A stretch of 64,000 nucleotides of DNA from Alistipes onderdonkii. Lineage in GTDB: Bacteria > Fibrobacterota > Fibrobacteria > Fibrobacterales > Fibrobacteraceae. Position numbers and translations under genes: made by a program. How positions within the stretch are numbered: the stretch's first letter is position 1; every line of letters begins with the position of its first letter. The notes under the pieces were generated by a model that made no database searches, was not told the origin of the DNA, and saw only the letters and a list, made by a program, of their open reading frames with translations. Location: the NCBI GenBank assembly GCA_963656065.1, contig CAVKGV010000009.1, forward strand, positions 27,498 to 91,497, given 5' to 3'. Below, in pieces: positions 10,901 through 19,476 of the stretch.

Positions 10901-13900
10901 TTCGTCGTCTATCTCGACGCGGGCTCGGGCTATCAGATCGGTGCGCCTTCCATGGCGGAAATCCACATCCAGAGCGGCATTACCGTTGTGCGCAAGGATG
11001 TAAATGTCGGAGACATCAAAACCTATTGCGACCTGAATCCTTCGGTATGCCCGGACGAGGATCTTTCAAACTGGCCCGTGGGAAATTGCAACGCGGGAAC
11101 GACGGAATGGGTGCGGGTCGCTTCGGGCGTCGCCTGTTCGCCGGTGACGAAAAACGAGCAGTGGAACTGCATCTCGGGCGGGACGGGAGAAGTTCGCCTC
11201 GAAAAGGGAAGTGACAAGTCGGGCTGCATTGTCATCGTCCCGGATAGTTCCATCAAGCTCGAAACGATGGAAAATGGCAAAACCTATCCTCTCCGTGCGG
11301 GTATCTTTGCGAAAAAGCAGACACTCACCGTCGGGTTTACCGGAGACGTGGGCGGAAAGAATCCGAAAATCAACGTGCGCATTGAACGCAGTTCTTCGGG
11401 AACCAAGGATTCCTACTGCGATTATGGAAATTCGAGCGATCACACGTGCAAGATAGATGTCTTCTACGGAGACTATGTAACACTTTCCCTCGACACGAGT
11501 TCAAACGATCATGACAATTTCAATTATTGGAAGTGCGAAAACGCGAGCGGGAACTGCCCGACGGACATCCTTTCGAGTACAACATTCCCGGCGTTTACCA
11601 TTCGGGAATCCGAATATACGATGATGGCGCATTTCGGGGAGTCCGACAAGCACTGCTTCTTTGACGAATTTACACATCCGGACATCCTTTGCGGCTCTGC
11701 GTATGCGGACGAGGAATATTGCGTCGCGGACTATGCCGGTGGCAATTCAAAGGCCAAATGGCTCTCCGTTTCGGGAGCGAAAACATCGCTTTCGCTTGAA
11801 AACGGAAATCTCTCCGTGCCGAAAAATTCTCCGGTGGTGGTAATGAGTTCCGTGAATGCGGGACTTTACGGAACGCTGAAGGCGCTTATGCAGGTAACGC
11901 GCGAGACTTCGAGCCATGACAAATCTAGCGATGAAATCCGGAAAACGGGACTTCTTCTGCGTGCGACAAAGAACGCTTCGGAATATCTGATGCTGAACGT
12001 GTATGCGAACAAGAGCGGAAACTTAGAAGCGACATATTGCATTGGGAACAATTGCAAGTCAAAGGAATTTTTGGGTGGCTATTCGACGGTTGCGGTTTCA
12101 TCTAATGCGATGGTGATGGTCGAGGCGAAGCTTAAACAGGGAGGCGGGGAATCCGTTGACTCTTTGGTTGTCACGGCTTACAAGGATAGCTATTACGGAA
12201 CTCCGATCGGCTATTCGGCGGCGTTTGCGCTTTCCGGTGACGATTATGCGAGGCTTTCGACGCGGGAACACGAGTATGTCGGATTTGCGCTTGCGAGCGA
12301 AAAGGTGCGCCTCTACGGAATCGGCTGGAAAAGCGAGGATTACGCTTCGGAATGCCACGATACCTATCCGACGCTCAAATGCTCGTTCAGCGCCGTGGCG
12401 GAAAACGGCTTTGTCCCGACGGGAAAGAGCGTAAAACCCTGGGTGGGGCATTCCGCCTGGTACAGTTCCAAAAATTGCACGGAGCACTTTTCTTACCAGG
12501 GATCGGATGCGTGCGGCGGAAGTGAATATTCCAAAACTTCATGCGGAGACTCTTACACCTTTAGTGCGAGCGGAGCCGGCGCCCACGGCTATATGGATGG
12601 AGAGAACTGGATAAAGACCGCCTTTGCGAGCCTGGACTGCTACGGTGAAACGGCGACCGAATCCCTGTGGAACAGCGACGAGGCGAATTGCGGAAAGTTC
12701 TGGACCGGAAAATTTACGGAATGCTCGAACCACGAAAATTTGCTGACGGCGTCTTTTGATATTTCTCCGGGCGAGGGAACCGTCAAAGTGCTCGAATCCG
12801 CGGCGAACATGCGGAGCGCAAAACTGAAAGTGAAAATCGATTCCGTTTCGACCGGATCGGTGGATTTCGAAGTGTATTTTGGGAGCAAGGACGCTAGCGG
12901 CAATCTTTATTACAGCCAGTCGGTGCGCGTGTCGCGCTACGGGGCTTTCGATTTCGACATCGTGCAGGAAATGTCGGCGAATGCGGAAACGGGCTTCGAT
13001 CCCGAAAACGTGACGGGCGTTTACTACAAGAACAGCGGGGCGACTGTGCGCCTGGCTTCCTTGACTACGGAATGCTCTAACGCCATTTCACTTTCTGCGT
13101 GCCGGGCTACATACAAGAGCGGATCGATATGGACGATTGAAGCGGACGTTTCGAATACGGATAAAATCGAATCGTTTACGATGATGCGAACGGTCGATGG
13201 CGGAGAAAATACGGTTAAAGTCGAATGCAACGCTGCGGACAACTGCTTCTTTGACGGCCAGACGGCAAAGCTCAATTTTACGGACGACAGGTCGCCTTAC
13301 CAATCCGAGCAGGGAAAATCCTACGCTTTCCATCTATCGCTCAGCGGAAACGGCGGAAACACCACGCTCGAAAAGGACTGCTCGGTTTCTCCGGAAACAA
13401 TCGGAAAAATTACGGCTTCGTGCAACATCAGCAAGACGTCCGTGTGTTCCGGCGAGGGACTTCCGAGATTCTCCGCTTCGCTTGACGGATGCCCGGCGGG
13501 AGGCTGCGCATGGAAGATTTCTTCGGACAACGGGAAAATTTCGGAAACAGGTTCGCAAACGACTTACAACAGCTCGTTCTCAGGTGAAAATACAGCGGGA
13601 AACCCGTGGGAACCGGGAACGTATAAGATAAAACTGGAATCCGCGAATTCGGAATATCCGTTTGACGGATGCTACGAAGAGTTCTCGGTGACCGAAGCGA
13701 AGAGCTCTTCGAGCGTCGAAGAATCGAGCAGCTCGGCTGCGGGGGGGGGGAGCAGTTCGAGTGTAAAATCGCTTAGCGTTACCTGCGGAATTACATCGCA
13801 TAACTGGGAAATTTATACGGGCGAACCCTACGAAAGCATCGACTTCTATTTCTACGTAAAAAACAATGTTTCGGAGGAAAGCCAATATCCGGTTGTCGTT

Positions 13901-14860
13901 TATAGGGATTCGGAAACCTTTAGTTCGGCTAACCTAAATTCCTGGTCGGGTGTGACGGCGGTTTCTTTGGGAAAACTAGCGAAAGGATCCCACACCTATT
14001 CCGTTCGCTATAACGGAGAAGAAATCTGTTCGTCTTCCATTCAAATTGTTTCCCCGCTCTCTTGTTCCGTCGATAAAACAAAGATCGGGTTTGGGGACAG
14101 CTTTACGCTTACGGCCTCCTATGCCGGCAACTGTTGGAATTCAAGCCTTTCCGGAAACGGCGCTACCGGTGCGAATTGCGGAAGTTCATACGTGATAACG
14201 CCGACGGCGATGGGAACGCAGACATATGTATATCAGGTGACGAACGGATCGGTCGGTTCCGCGGCCTGTACGACTTCTGTCGCGGTTTCCGAAGTCGCCC
14301 CGACGGTGGAATGTCCCGATGCGCAGACGAAATCGGTAGGCGGCACGGTTGCCATCTCTCCCAAAACGCTTACGGGATGCGGTACGGACAACGGTTGTTC
14401 CTATACGGTAAACGATGTCAATTCGCAAGTTGGCAGCGGCACCATCAAAAACGGGGAAAAGTTCTCCTTTGCCGGGGCTTCTTCTGCGGGAACGGAAACT
14501 TATACGCTGAATGTTTCAAATTCCGAAGGTTCGGCAGAATGTAACTTTGATGTGACCTATGAAGAAGGAGTTTCTTTCAATTGCAATGCGAATAATTCAA
14601 CGGTGATTGCCAAGGAAGAGGAAAAGGAAATGTCAGCGAACACTTGTACAAGTTACACGATGGATGGCGCGACAACGCTTCAAATCGGTTGCTGGTATGC
14701 GCCTTCGACGCCTGTAACAATCGAACTCCTTGATTGTACAGGATCTGTTGTGGATGTTTCCCATACGTGTGGGGGCTGGCAAAGTGTTCCCGTAGGGGGG
14801 ACTTGTACGATTTATCTGTATCCACAAAAAGCAATAAAATGGAAATTTAACAATTGGTAA
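7901..14860 (+). CDS. Giant (2319 aa) PilX/GspK-like pilin fused to a Cys/Ser-rich multidomain putative adhesin
   Basis: KSG|VSLIVVLL (no Glu5, as in PilX/GspK), AYQSAVAGIENA helix, AAAGGAG RBS, many paired Cys, Ser/Gly linkers, beta-rich modules. Confidence 0.8.
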   Translation: MKNDFLNAQKAKSGVSLIVVLLFMMIATIAATATYKWITSESRSSGSRMLQREAYQSAVAGIENARSWIAWNANDAGALIKQYLDGGKVPVNIDKQLRPLQRAGQKYNVWLTGVNTESSTYKLKILSEGEARNGVAKHSEIAILNVDGLYQVKIPTEKSSSVVDFDYAYFGGSTNNSGNMNPSSMLINGNWSGNPNTVSKNFVVTGNASLSGDNLSVAGTTCIGGNLSTQNGFTGRDLYVAGNASNFNGTLYGDAYIEGDFQVGSACGSKNFAILGNVTLNGKLDPGDCSGKRIEGNLCTSESGQLVSSGGNNPFTVYKNVWMPGNQNVWYSGWGYDNYDSYNKIVLGNSSESQVYIKTAHPWKDYDDHRNQKTFTETSGEKRTCSQYTSGQPQCLEYAYWGWWRDCAKWGTSTACGNWTEWNGTSYSPYQKRDKKDNLYYLFYVEDGVEDVEFKTYNNTYWNASIGAYYVGGKPFYDMWDVWNQYRYGNVNKSTPDGLSPYCKTQNDYSNSKDLKDISAFRPVCNVNPWFKSEGTVSRNLPADVPFSCADDVKASCDSIWEKKPGCDGSNYKVDDMLVTAYSKFESYANKDCAKNITVWSNDMSAKMNKCYEEITKDSDSKRADENLYNGYLVVKVSSNGLQNPSEVLKGKFIIIVTNSLGQQNLPSTTSDSYVFLYLSEGGSQIQPQGNGPFNYFIYTEKDVGNLLFNNVKLSGSVYAAASTCAKITNMTIKEIDYNKGLLDDLANSGIVCNNDGSSCGGSNSGGSSTGSSSSSVNYGGTDPHYISMAPQLGVSLETQYENKEKVTTSGDTTRLAGSYIVLPRVIYLPSNPAGKLEDYYNVLGLNGASVKKSDVRVNSCASSDASLNVSGTLYSATTGSLTQGVYTCKTSASSYEDVPFWVVIGSESGNAPTVYFEKSSQEIASTQSQPDSIRVVVPKHTSDITLNYSWSGAESAGWNINSVGGCSVSSGKCSMTLSAAEESIVTLFTVTTSGASSGTFVVYLDAGSGYQIGAPSMAEIHIQSGITVVRKDVNVGDIKTYCDLNPSVCPDEDLSNWPVGNCNAGTTEWVRVASGVACSPVTKNEQWNCISGGTGEVRLEKGSDKSGCIVIVPDSSIKLETMENGKTYPLRAGIFAKKQTLTVGFTGDVGGKNPKINVRIERSSSGTKDSYCDYGNSSDHTCKIDVFYGDYVTLSLDTSSNDHDNFNYWKCENASGNCPTDILSSTTFPAFTIRESEYTMMAHFGESDKHCFFDEFTHPDILCGSAYADEEYCVADYAGGNSKAKWLSVSGAKTSLSLENGNLSVPKNSPVVVMSSVNAGLYGTLKALMQVTRETSSHDKSSDEIRKTGLLLRATKNASEYLMLNVYANKSGNLEATYCIGNNCKSKEFLGGYSTVAVSSNAMVMVEAKLKQGGGESVDSLVVTAYKDSYYGTPIGYSAAFALSGDDYARLSTREHEYVGFALASEKVRLYGIGWKSEDYASECHDTYPTLKCSFSAVAENGFVPTGKSVKPWVGHSAWYSSKNCTEHFSYQGSDACGGSEYSKTSCGDSYTFSASGAGAHGYMDGENWIKTAFASLDCYGETATESLWNSDEANCGKFWTGKFTECSNHENLLTASFDISPGEGTVKVLESAANMRSAKLKVKIDSVSTGSVDFEVYFGSKDASGNLYYSQSVRVSRYGAFDFDIVQEMSANAETGFDPENVTGVYYKNSGATVRLASLTTECSNAISLSACRATYKSGSIWTIEADVSNTDKIESFTMMRTVDGGENTVKVECNAADNCFFDGQTAKLNFTDDRSPYQSEQGKSYAFHLSLSGNGGNTTLEKDCSVSPETIGKITASCNISKTSVCSGEGLPRFSASLDGCPAGGCAWKISSDNGKISETGSQTTYNSSFSGENTAGNPWEPGTYKIKLESANSEYPFDGCYEEFSVTEAKSSSSVEESSSSAAGGGSSSSVKSLSVTCGITSHNWEIYTGEPYESIDFYFYVKNNVSEESQYPVVVYRDSETFSSANLNSWSGVTAVSLGKLAKGSHTYSVRYNGEEICSSSIQIVSPLSCSVDKTKIGFGDSFTLTASYAGNCWNSSLSGNGATGANCGSSYVITPTAMGTQTYVYQVTNGSVGSAACTTSVAVSEVAPTVECPDAQTKSVGGTVAISPKTLTGCGTDNGCSYTVNDVNSQVGSGTIKNGEKFSFAGASSAGTETYTLNVSNSEGSAECNFDVTYEEGVSFNCNANNSTVIAKEEEKEMSANTCTSYTMDGATTLQIGCWYAPSTPVTIELLDCTGSVVDVSHTCGGWQSVPVGGTCTIYLYPQKAIKWKFNNW
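13741..13750 (+). repeat. G10 homopolymer inside the adhesin Ser/Gly linker
   Basis: gcGGGGGGGGGGagc, read as Ala-Gly-Gly-Gly-Ser. Confidence 0.9.
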
Positions 14861-14881
14861 TCTAAATTCTTCAATGCAAGA

Positions 14882-14906
14882 ACCGGTCTTCCAAAGGAAG
14901 ACCGGT
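14882..14906. terminator. Perfect hairpin between convergent adhesin and rpn genes
   Basis: ACCGGTCTTCC-AAA-GGAAGACCGGT; no strong U-tract. Confidence 0.6.
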
Positions 14907-14928
14907 CGTAAATTTAGATGCTTTCAGG

Positions 14929-15969
14929 TTAAAGCGCTTTTATCTCTTCGGGCGAAAGACCGCAGCGCTTTGAAATAATCTCGATGGGAACACCGTCATC
15001 GCGCAGGCCTTTCGCTAGTTCCTTTTTGCCGATAGAAATTCCTTTTTGAATTCCTTCTTGAATGCCGTCTTTGATTCCTTTCTTGAGCCCTTCCTGAATG
15101 CCTTTTTCTATACCTTCTTTGATGCCTTCCCGATGTCCGGTGTCAAAGCCTTCTTTCATTCCTTCCTTGACGCCTTCCCGGTGGCCTGCATCAAAACCTT
15201 CCTTGTGCCCGGTCTCAATCGCATATTTCCGAATGGCATAGGCGTCCCATTTCCGCATTTGTTCCAAATTAATCATACGCTGTTCCTCTTTGCTTAATCT
15301 AGCTAATTCCGAGATGGGAAACAATAGTTCAAAAGCGGTTCCCGCATAGAAGTTCGGCATCTTTTGCAGATTCTTGATGTTCTTGATGGCGAAAAGTCCT
15401 TTATCAAGAAGAGTTTTCAGCTCGGTTATTTTCTTTTTAAACTTGGGAAGTTCCACGAAAACAAAGTTTAGCGTCTCGCTGAGACAATTCCCGTCCTTTT
15501 CCCGGAGTTTTGCCCGATGAATGTATCTTGTATCGTCAAAGAATTCAAATTCCATAAATACAATTGTAATGACGGCGTCTAGGGCGTATGCGTATGTTTT
15601 GCCGCGGCTTCCCTGGGCGATTGTGGTTTGCGCGGCGTAATAGATGGCGCGGTTTACGATGTTTTCCTGTTTGGCGATTTGGACTTCGATGATGAATCTC
15701 CGCTTTTCCGAATCGATGCAGTATAGGTCAAATATCGAAGCGCGGTTTTCGTTTGAACCTTCGGTAAATTCCTTGTCGCGCGACTGCACATCTGTAATCG
15801 GTCTGTCGATTTCTCCTTCCAATACGGCATTTAAAAGCGCAATCAGGCATACCTTGTTCTGCGTGTCGGGATTGAACGCCTTTTTGAATGTCCTGTCGAG
15901 GAGAAGGTCGGCATAGACGCCTGCACCTCGGTACTCTTCGAATGTTTCTTCTCTGTTTTCAAAATCCAT
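14929..15969 (-). CDS. Rpn family recombination-promoting nuclease / PD-(D/E)XK putative transposase
   Basis: DRTFKKAF, IFDLYC, FIIEVQ, RAIYY, FVELPKF; C-terminal EG/KG repeat helix and 'GVPIEIISKRCGLSPEEI' tail; GGAGG RBS. Confidence 0.9.
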   Translation of the reverse strand: MDFENREETFEEYRGAGVYADLLLDRTFKKAFNPDTQNKVCLIALLNAVLEGEIDRPITDVQSRDKEFTEGSNENRASIFDLYCIDSEKRRFIIEVQIAKQENIVNRAIYYAAQTTIAQGSRGKTYAYALDAVITIVFMEFEFFDDTRYIHRAKLREKDGNCLSETLNFVFVELPKFKKKITELKTLLDKGLFAIKNIKNLQKMPNFYAGTAFELLFPISELARLSKEEQRMINLEQMRKWDAYAIRKYAIETGHKEGFDAGHREGVKEGMKEGFDTGHREGIKEGIEKGIQEGLKKGIKDGIQEGIQKGISIGKKELAKGLRDDGVPIEIISKRCGLSPEEIKAL

Positions 15970-16151
15970 TTTTCCTCCTTGTTGAATTTTTATGGCAGAG
16001 GGATTTCTTGTCCATTGTGTACAACGCTTTTCGAAACGATTTTTCTACCGGAGAATTGTAAATTTTTACGATTTTCAATTTTTGAAAATTTGACGCGTTT
16101 GAAATTTGCCATTCTGGATTCAAAGGCGGCGCAATTTCTATATTTTCTTCT

Positions 16152-17156
16152 ATGAAAAAGATTTCTCTTACGGGCATCAAGCCCACAGGAACTCCCCATC
16201 TGGGAAACTATCTGGGGGCGATTCGTCCGGCGCTTGAACTGGCGAAGGACTACGAAACGATTTACTTTATCGCGGACTATCACGCTCTCACGACCGTGCA
16301 CAACGGCGACGAGATGCGCGAAAACATTCGGAAAGTCGCTGCGACATGGCTCGCTTGCGGACTCGATCCGGATGCCGGGCTTTTTTACAAGCAAAGCGAC
16401 ATTCCCGAAATCTTTGAACTTAGCTGGGCGCTCAGCTGCTTTACGCCAAAGGGATTCATGAACCGGGCTCACGCTTACAAGGCGAAGGTCGAGGCGAACC
16501 GCACCGCGGGCGAGGATCTCGATACGAACATCAATATGGGACTTTATTGTTATCCGTGCCTGATGGACGCTGACATTCTGATGTTCAATGCGGACGTGGT
16601 TCCCGTCGGAAAGGACCAGAAACAGCATGTGGAATTTGCGCGCGACATCGCCATCCGGTTCAACAAGCAGATGGGAAAGAACGTCTTTACCGTGCCGGAG
16701 CCTTTCATCCAGGAAACGACGGACGTGATTCCGGGTCTTGACGGTCGCAAGATGAGCAAGTCCTACGACAATACGATTGAAATTTTCCTTGACCCGAAAG
16801 CGCTCAAGAAAAAGCTCGGAAAAATCGTGACGAACAGCCTTCCTCTCGAAGCGCCGAAGGATCCGGATACGTGCAATGTTTTTCGGCTCTACAAACTTTT
16901 TGCGACCGCGGAAGAAACCGCTGCGCTGGCGGAAACGTATCGTGCCGGCGGGATGGGCTGGGGTTATGCGAAAGGCGAACTCCAGAAAGTCTTAGAACGC
17001 ACATTCGGCGAAGCGCGGGAAAAGTACAACGACCTGATGACGCATCCGGAAAGAATCGATGAAATTCTCCGGGCAGGAGCGGAAAAGGCGCGGCCTGTGG
17101 CGCGCGCCCATCTAGAACAGGTTCGCGAAGTCCTAGGTTACGGGAATATCCTCTGA
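16152..17156 (+). CDS. trpS: Tryptophan--tRNA ligase
   Basis: TGIKPTGTPHLGNY, VPVGKDQKQH, KMSKS. Confidence 0.97.
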   Translation: MKKISLTGIKPTGTPHLGNYLGAIRPALELAKDYETIYFIADYHALTTVHNGDEMRENIRKVAATWLACGLDPDAGLFYKQSDIPEIFELSWALSCFTPKGFMNRAHAYKAKVEANRTAGEDLDTNINMGLYCYPCLMDADILMFNADVVPVGKDQKQHVEFARDIAIRFNKQMGKNVFTVPEPFIQETTDVIPGLDGRKMSKSYDNTIEIFLDPKALKKKLGKIVTNSLPLEAPKDPDTCNVFRLYKLFATAEETAALAETYRAGGMGWGYAKGELQKVLERTFGEAREKYNDLMTHPERIDEILRAGAEKARPVARAHLEQVREVLGYGNIL

Positions 17157-18590
17157 TTTTTCGACCCAGATTCTTCCATCGGTGATTTCGGTAACGCAGA
17201 CGGTTTCGCCTGCGTTTATCATATCGCCCTTTGTCTGGACATCGAAAGACTTGTTGCCGAATCTCGCATGTCCCACGGGTCGGAGCGGTGTCTCGGCTTT
17301 TCCCTTTTCTCCTACATGGATTTCGACGATGTCTTCGGTGGGGGATTTTGCGGATTCGAGATCCGCCTTGAGCATGGGAGTCCAACCTTCGGGAAGGAGC
17401 GGTATCAGGTATTTGGATGCGAAGAGGGGAAACAGCACCGCGATAAGCGCACAGGCCGTGACGTAGAGGGTGACGGGAAACAGGGTTGCCGCTCCTTCGG
17501 AATCCGCTCCCGGAATGAACGATGGAAGCGATGAAAAGTCGAACGCGAGCACGATGGCCGCACCCATGCAGAGAATCCCCAGAATGCCGCAGATGAAAGT
17601 TCCCGGGATGACAAGAATCTCAACGGCGAAAAGACAAGCTCCGACAACGAGCAGGACGACAGGCAGGTAACTGTCTATGTGATTTATATACTGCCCGAGG
17701 AAAACGGTTGCTATCAGGAGAATCCCCGCGATACCGAAGATTCCGAATCCCGGGGTCTTGAATTCAATGTAGAGCGCTCCAAAACCGAGAATGAGGAGGA
17801 TGCCCGAGATGCCGGCGATGAAGCGGGCGAGGCTTTCACTCCAGGAAATCTCTATTTCGTGGCTGCTTTCGATTCCGAGCGATTTTTCAAAAGCGTCCCG
17901 GTTTTCGGGAGTTCCCTTTGAAAAATGCAACGCGACGGCTTCTTCGTCGGTCATAGTCAAAAGTTCACCGGAATCGACAAGAACTTTGGGCGTTCCCCAG
18001 AATGCCTTGTCCTGTTTGCTCCACTTGGCGTATTTCGAGGCTTCGACGGCGATTGTGGAATCTTTCCGCGAAAGTTCGTACACGGCGAGGTCCGGGGAAA
18101 CCATTGCCATGGAGAGAAGTTCCGGGTAACCGTTTTTTTGGGCAAGGTTGCGGAATTTTGCTCGCAGCGGGGATTGGATTTTTTCTCCGACGATTTGCGG
18201 AGTCCCGTCGCTGTTTTGGACTATCGGTGCGCAGTCGCCAATGGTCGTCCCGGGAAGCATGTAAAGTTCCTTGCTTGAAAGGGCGATGAGCGCTCCGGCA
18301 CTGATTGCTTTCTTGGAGACGAAGGCTACCGTTTTGGAACTTTTGATGCCCATAATCGTGTCAACGATGTCGAATGCCGCATCAAGTCTCCCGCCGAACG
18401 TGTTTATGTCGAATATGATGTATTCGGGATTTTTTTTGACCGCTTCGCCGATGGCACGCGCCGCATAGTCGTACATGCCCGGGTCAACGTCGCCTTCGAG
18501 GTTTATCCAGGCTGCCGATTTCCCCCAGGAAATCCCTAGGCCGATAAAGAGAAAACAGAAAATAATTTGTGCGAAATTCTTGAATGTCAT
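17133..18590 (-). CDS. NfeD-family membrane-bound ClpP-like serine protease
   Basis: DINTFGG, KAISAGALIAL, EFKTPGFG, C-terminal OB fold TPLRPVG. Confidence 0.9.
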   Translation of the reverse strand: MTFKNFAQIIFCFLFIGLGISWGKSAAWINLEGDVDPGMYDYAARAIGEAVKKNPEYIIFDINTFGGRLDAAFDIVDTIMGIKSSKTVAFVSKKAISAGALIALSSKELYMLPGTTIGDCAPIVQNSDGTPQIVGEKIQSPLRAKFRNLAQKNGYPELLSMAMVSPDLAVYELSRKDSTIAVEASKYAKWSKQDKAFWGTPKVLVDSGELLTMTDEEAVALHFSKGTPENRDAFEKSLGIESSHEIEISWSESLARFIAGISGILLILGFGALYIEFKTPGFGIFGIAGILLIATVFLGQYINHIDSYLPVVLLVVGACLFAVEILVIPGTFICGILGILCMGAAIVLAFDFSSLPSFIPGADSEGAATLFPVTLYVTACALIAVLFPLFASKYLIPLLPEGWTPMLKADLESAKSPTEDIVEIHVGEKGKAETPLRPVGHARFGNKSFDVQTKGDMINAGETVCVTEITDGRIWVEKSEDIPVT

Positions 18591-18682
18591 TCGATGTTCC
18601 CGAAAATGTTTTGTTCCTTTTTAATTTAAACTTTTTATTTTTGTCGGGCAAGCGTAGTCGGTTGGGAATGTGCCTGGTGATT

Positions 18683-18960
18683 GGAGAGTGGAGTGTGGAA
18701 GGTTGAGATGACGATGCACGGGATTCTATCGGGTTCTTCGAACCCTCCAGAATGACGGTGGGCATAAACGCTCTTCTGTCATCCTGGAGGGAGCACCGCG
18801 ACCGATAGGATCCGGTCAGAGCTTAGCTCTGATTCTATCACTCCCTTCGGTCGTTCCAGAATGACGGTGAATAGAAAATTTTACCAGTTCCTTTTGAACA
18901 TTCAGAATGACTGTGTGCGGGAAAGGTCCGCTCTGCAGACAATTCCACTTTCCACACTCT
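18683..18960. repeat. REP/BIME-like mosaic, copy 1 (reverse orientation relative to copies 2 and 3)
   Basis: Units at 18722-18757(-), 18777-18813(+), 18831-18866(-) with consensus YGTCATYCTGGA-hairpin-GATAGRATC; GGAGAGT/TCCACTT heptamer flanks. Confidence 0.85.
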
Positions 18961-18981
18961 TAGATGTCCGCGGACGAATTC

Positions 18982-19476
18982 CTATTTTCTCAGCCACGGC
19001 TTTCCTCCGATTTTTCGGAGCTCTTGGATTTTTGAAAGAACCGCTTTGTCCGCATGGAGAATCCTGGTTAGGGCGGTTGTCGAAAGCCCGAATGCCCGTG
19101 CCGCTTCCCGTGTGTCGCCGCCGTTCGCGCTAACGATGTCGAGAACATCCGCGATGAATTGCGGATATTTTTCGTTTGACTGTTGGATGTGTCCGAGACT
19201 TCCCGGAAAATGCAATTGTTCGGGCGATTTGGGCGCTTCGCGAATGTTCAGGGCGAGCGCAAGGCGCAACCGGTGCAACGCATGGACCTTATTTTCGTTT
19301 GCGCTTCTGCTTTCACAGGATTTGATTGCTAAATTGAATTCGGTCAGCCGAAGATCGACTCCGGAATTTGTCTTGTTGCGGAACTGTCCGCCGGGACCGC
19401 TTCCCTGGAATCCTGTGACCCTGCAGGCGCGGAGCAGTTCGGTTAGCGGCATGTTCAGATAGGTATCGCGATGCAT
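18982..19476 (-). CDS. Peptide chain release factor-like (GGQ) protein
   Basis: GSGPGGQFRNKT and ESRS..ENK motifs; C-terminal HTH-like helices; ATG 19476 chosen as start. Confidence 0.8.
   Translation of the reverse strand: MHRDTYLNMPLTELLRACRVTGFQGSGPGGQFRNKTNSGVDLRLTEFNLAIKSCESRSANENKVHALHRLRLALALNIREAPKSPEQLHFPGSLGHIQQSNEKYPQFIADVLDIVSANGGDTREAARAFGLSTTALTRILHADKAVLSKIQELRKIGGKPWLRK

Noticed and set aside
7901..14860. Diversity-generating retroelement acting on the adhesin
   Set aside because: No reverse transcriptase and no adenine-mismatched template/variable repeat pair seen in the window
14929..15969. Rpn gene as an IS element
   Set aside because: No terminal inverted repeats or target duplication seen; the 'transposase' label for this family is poorly supported
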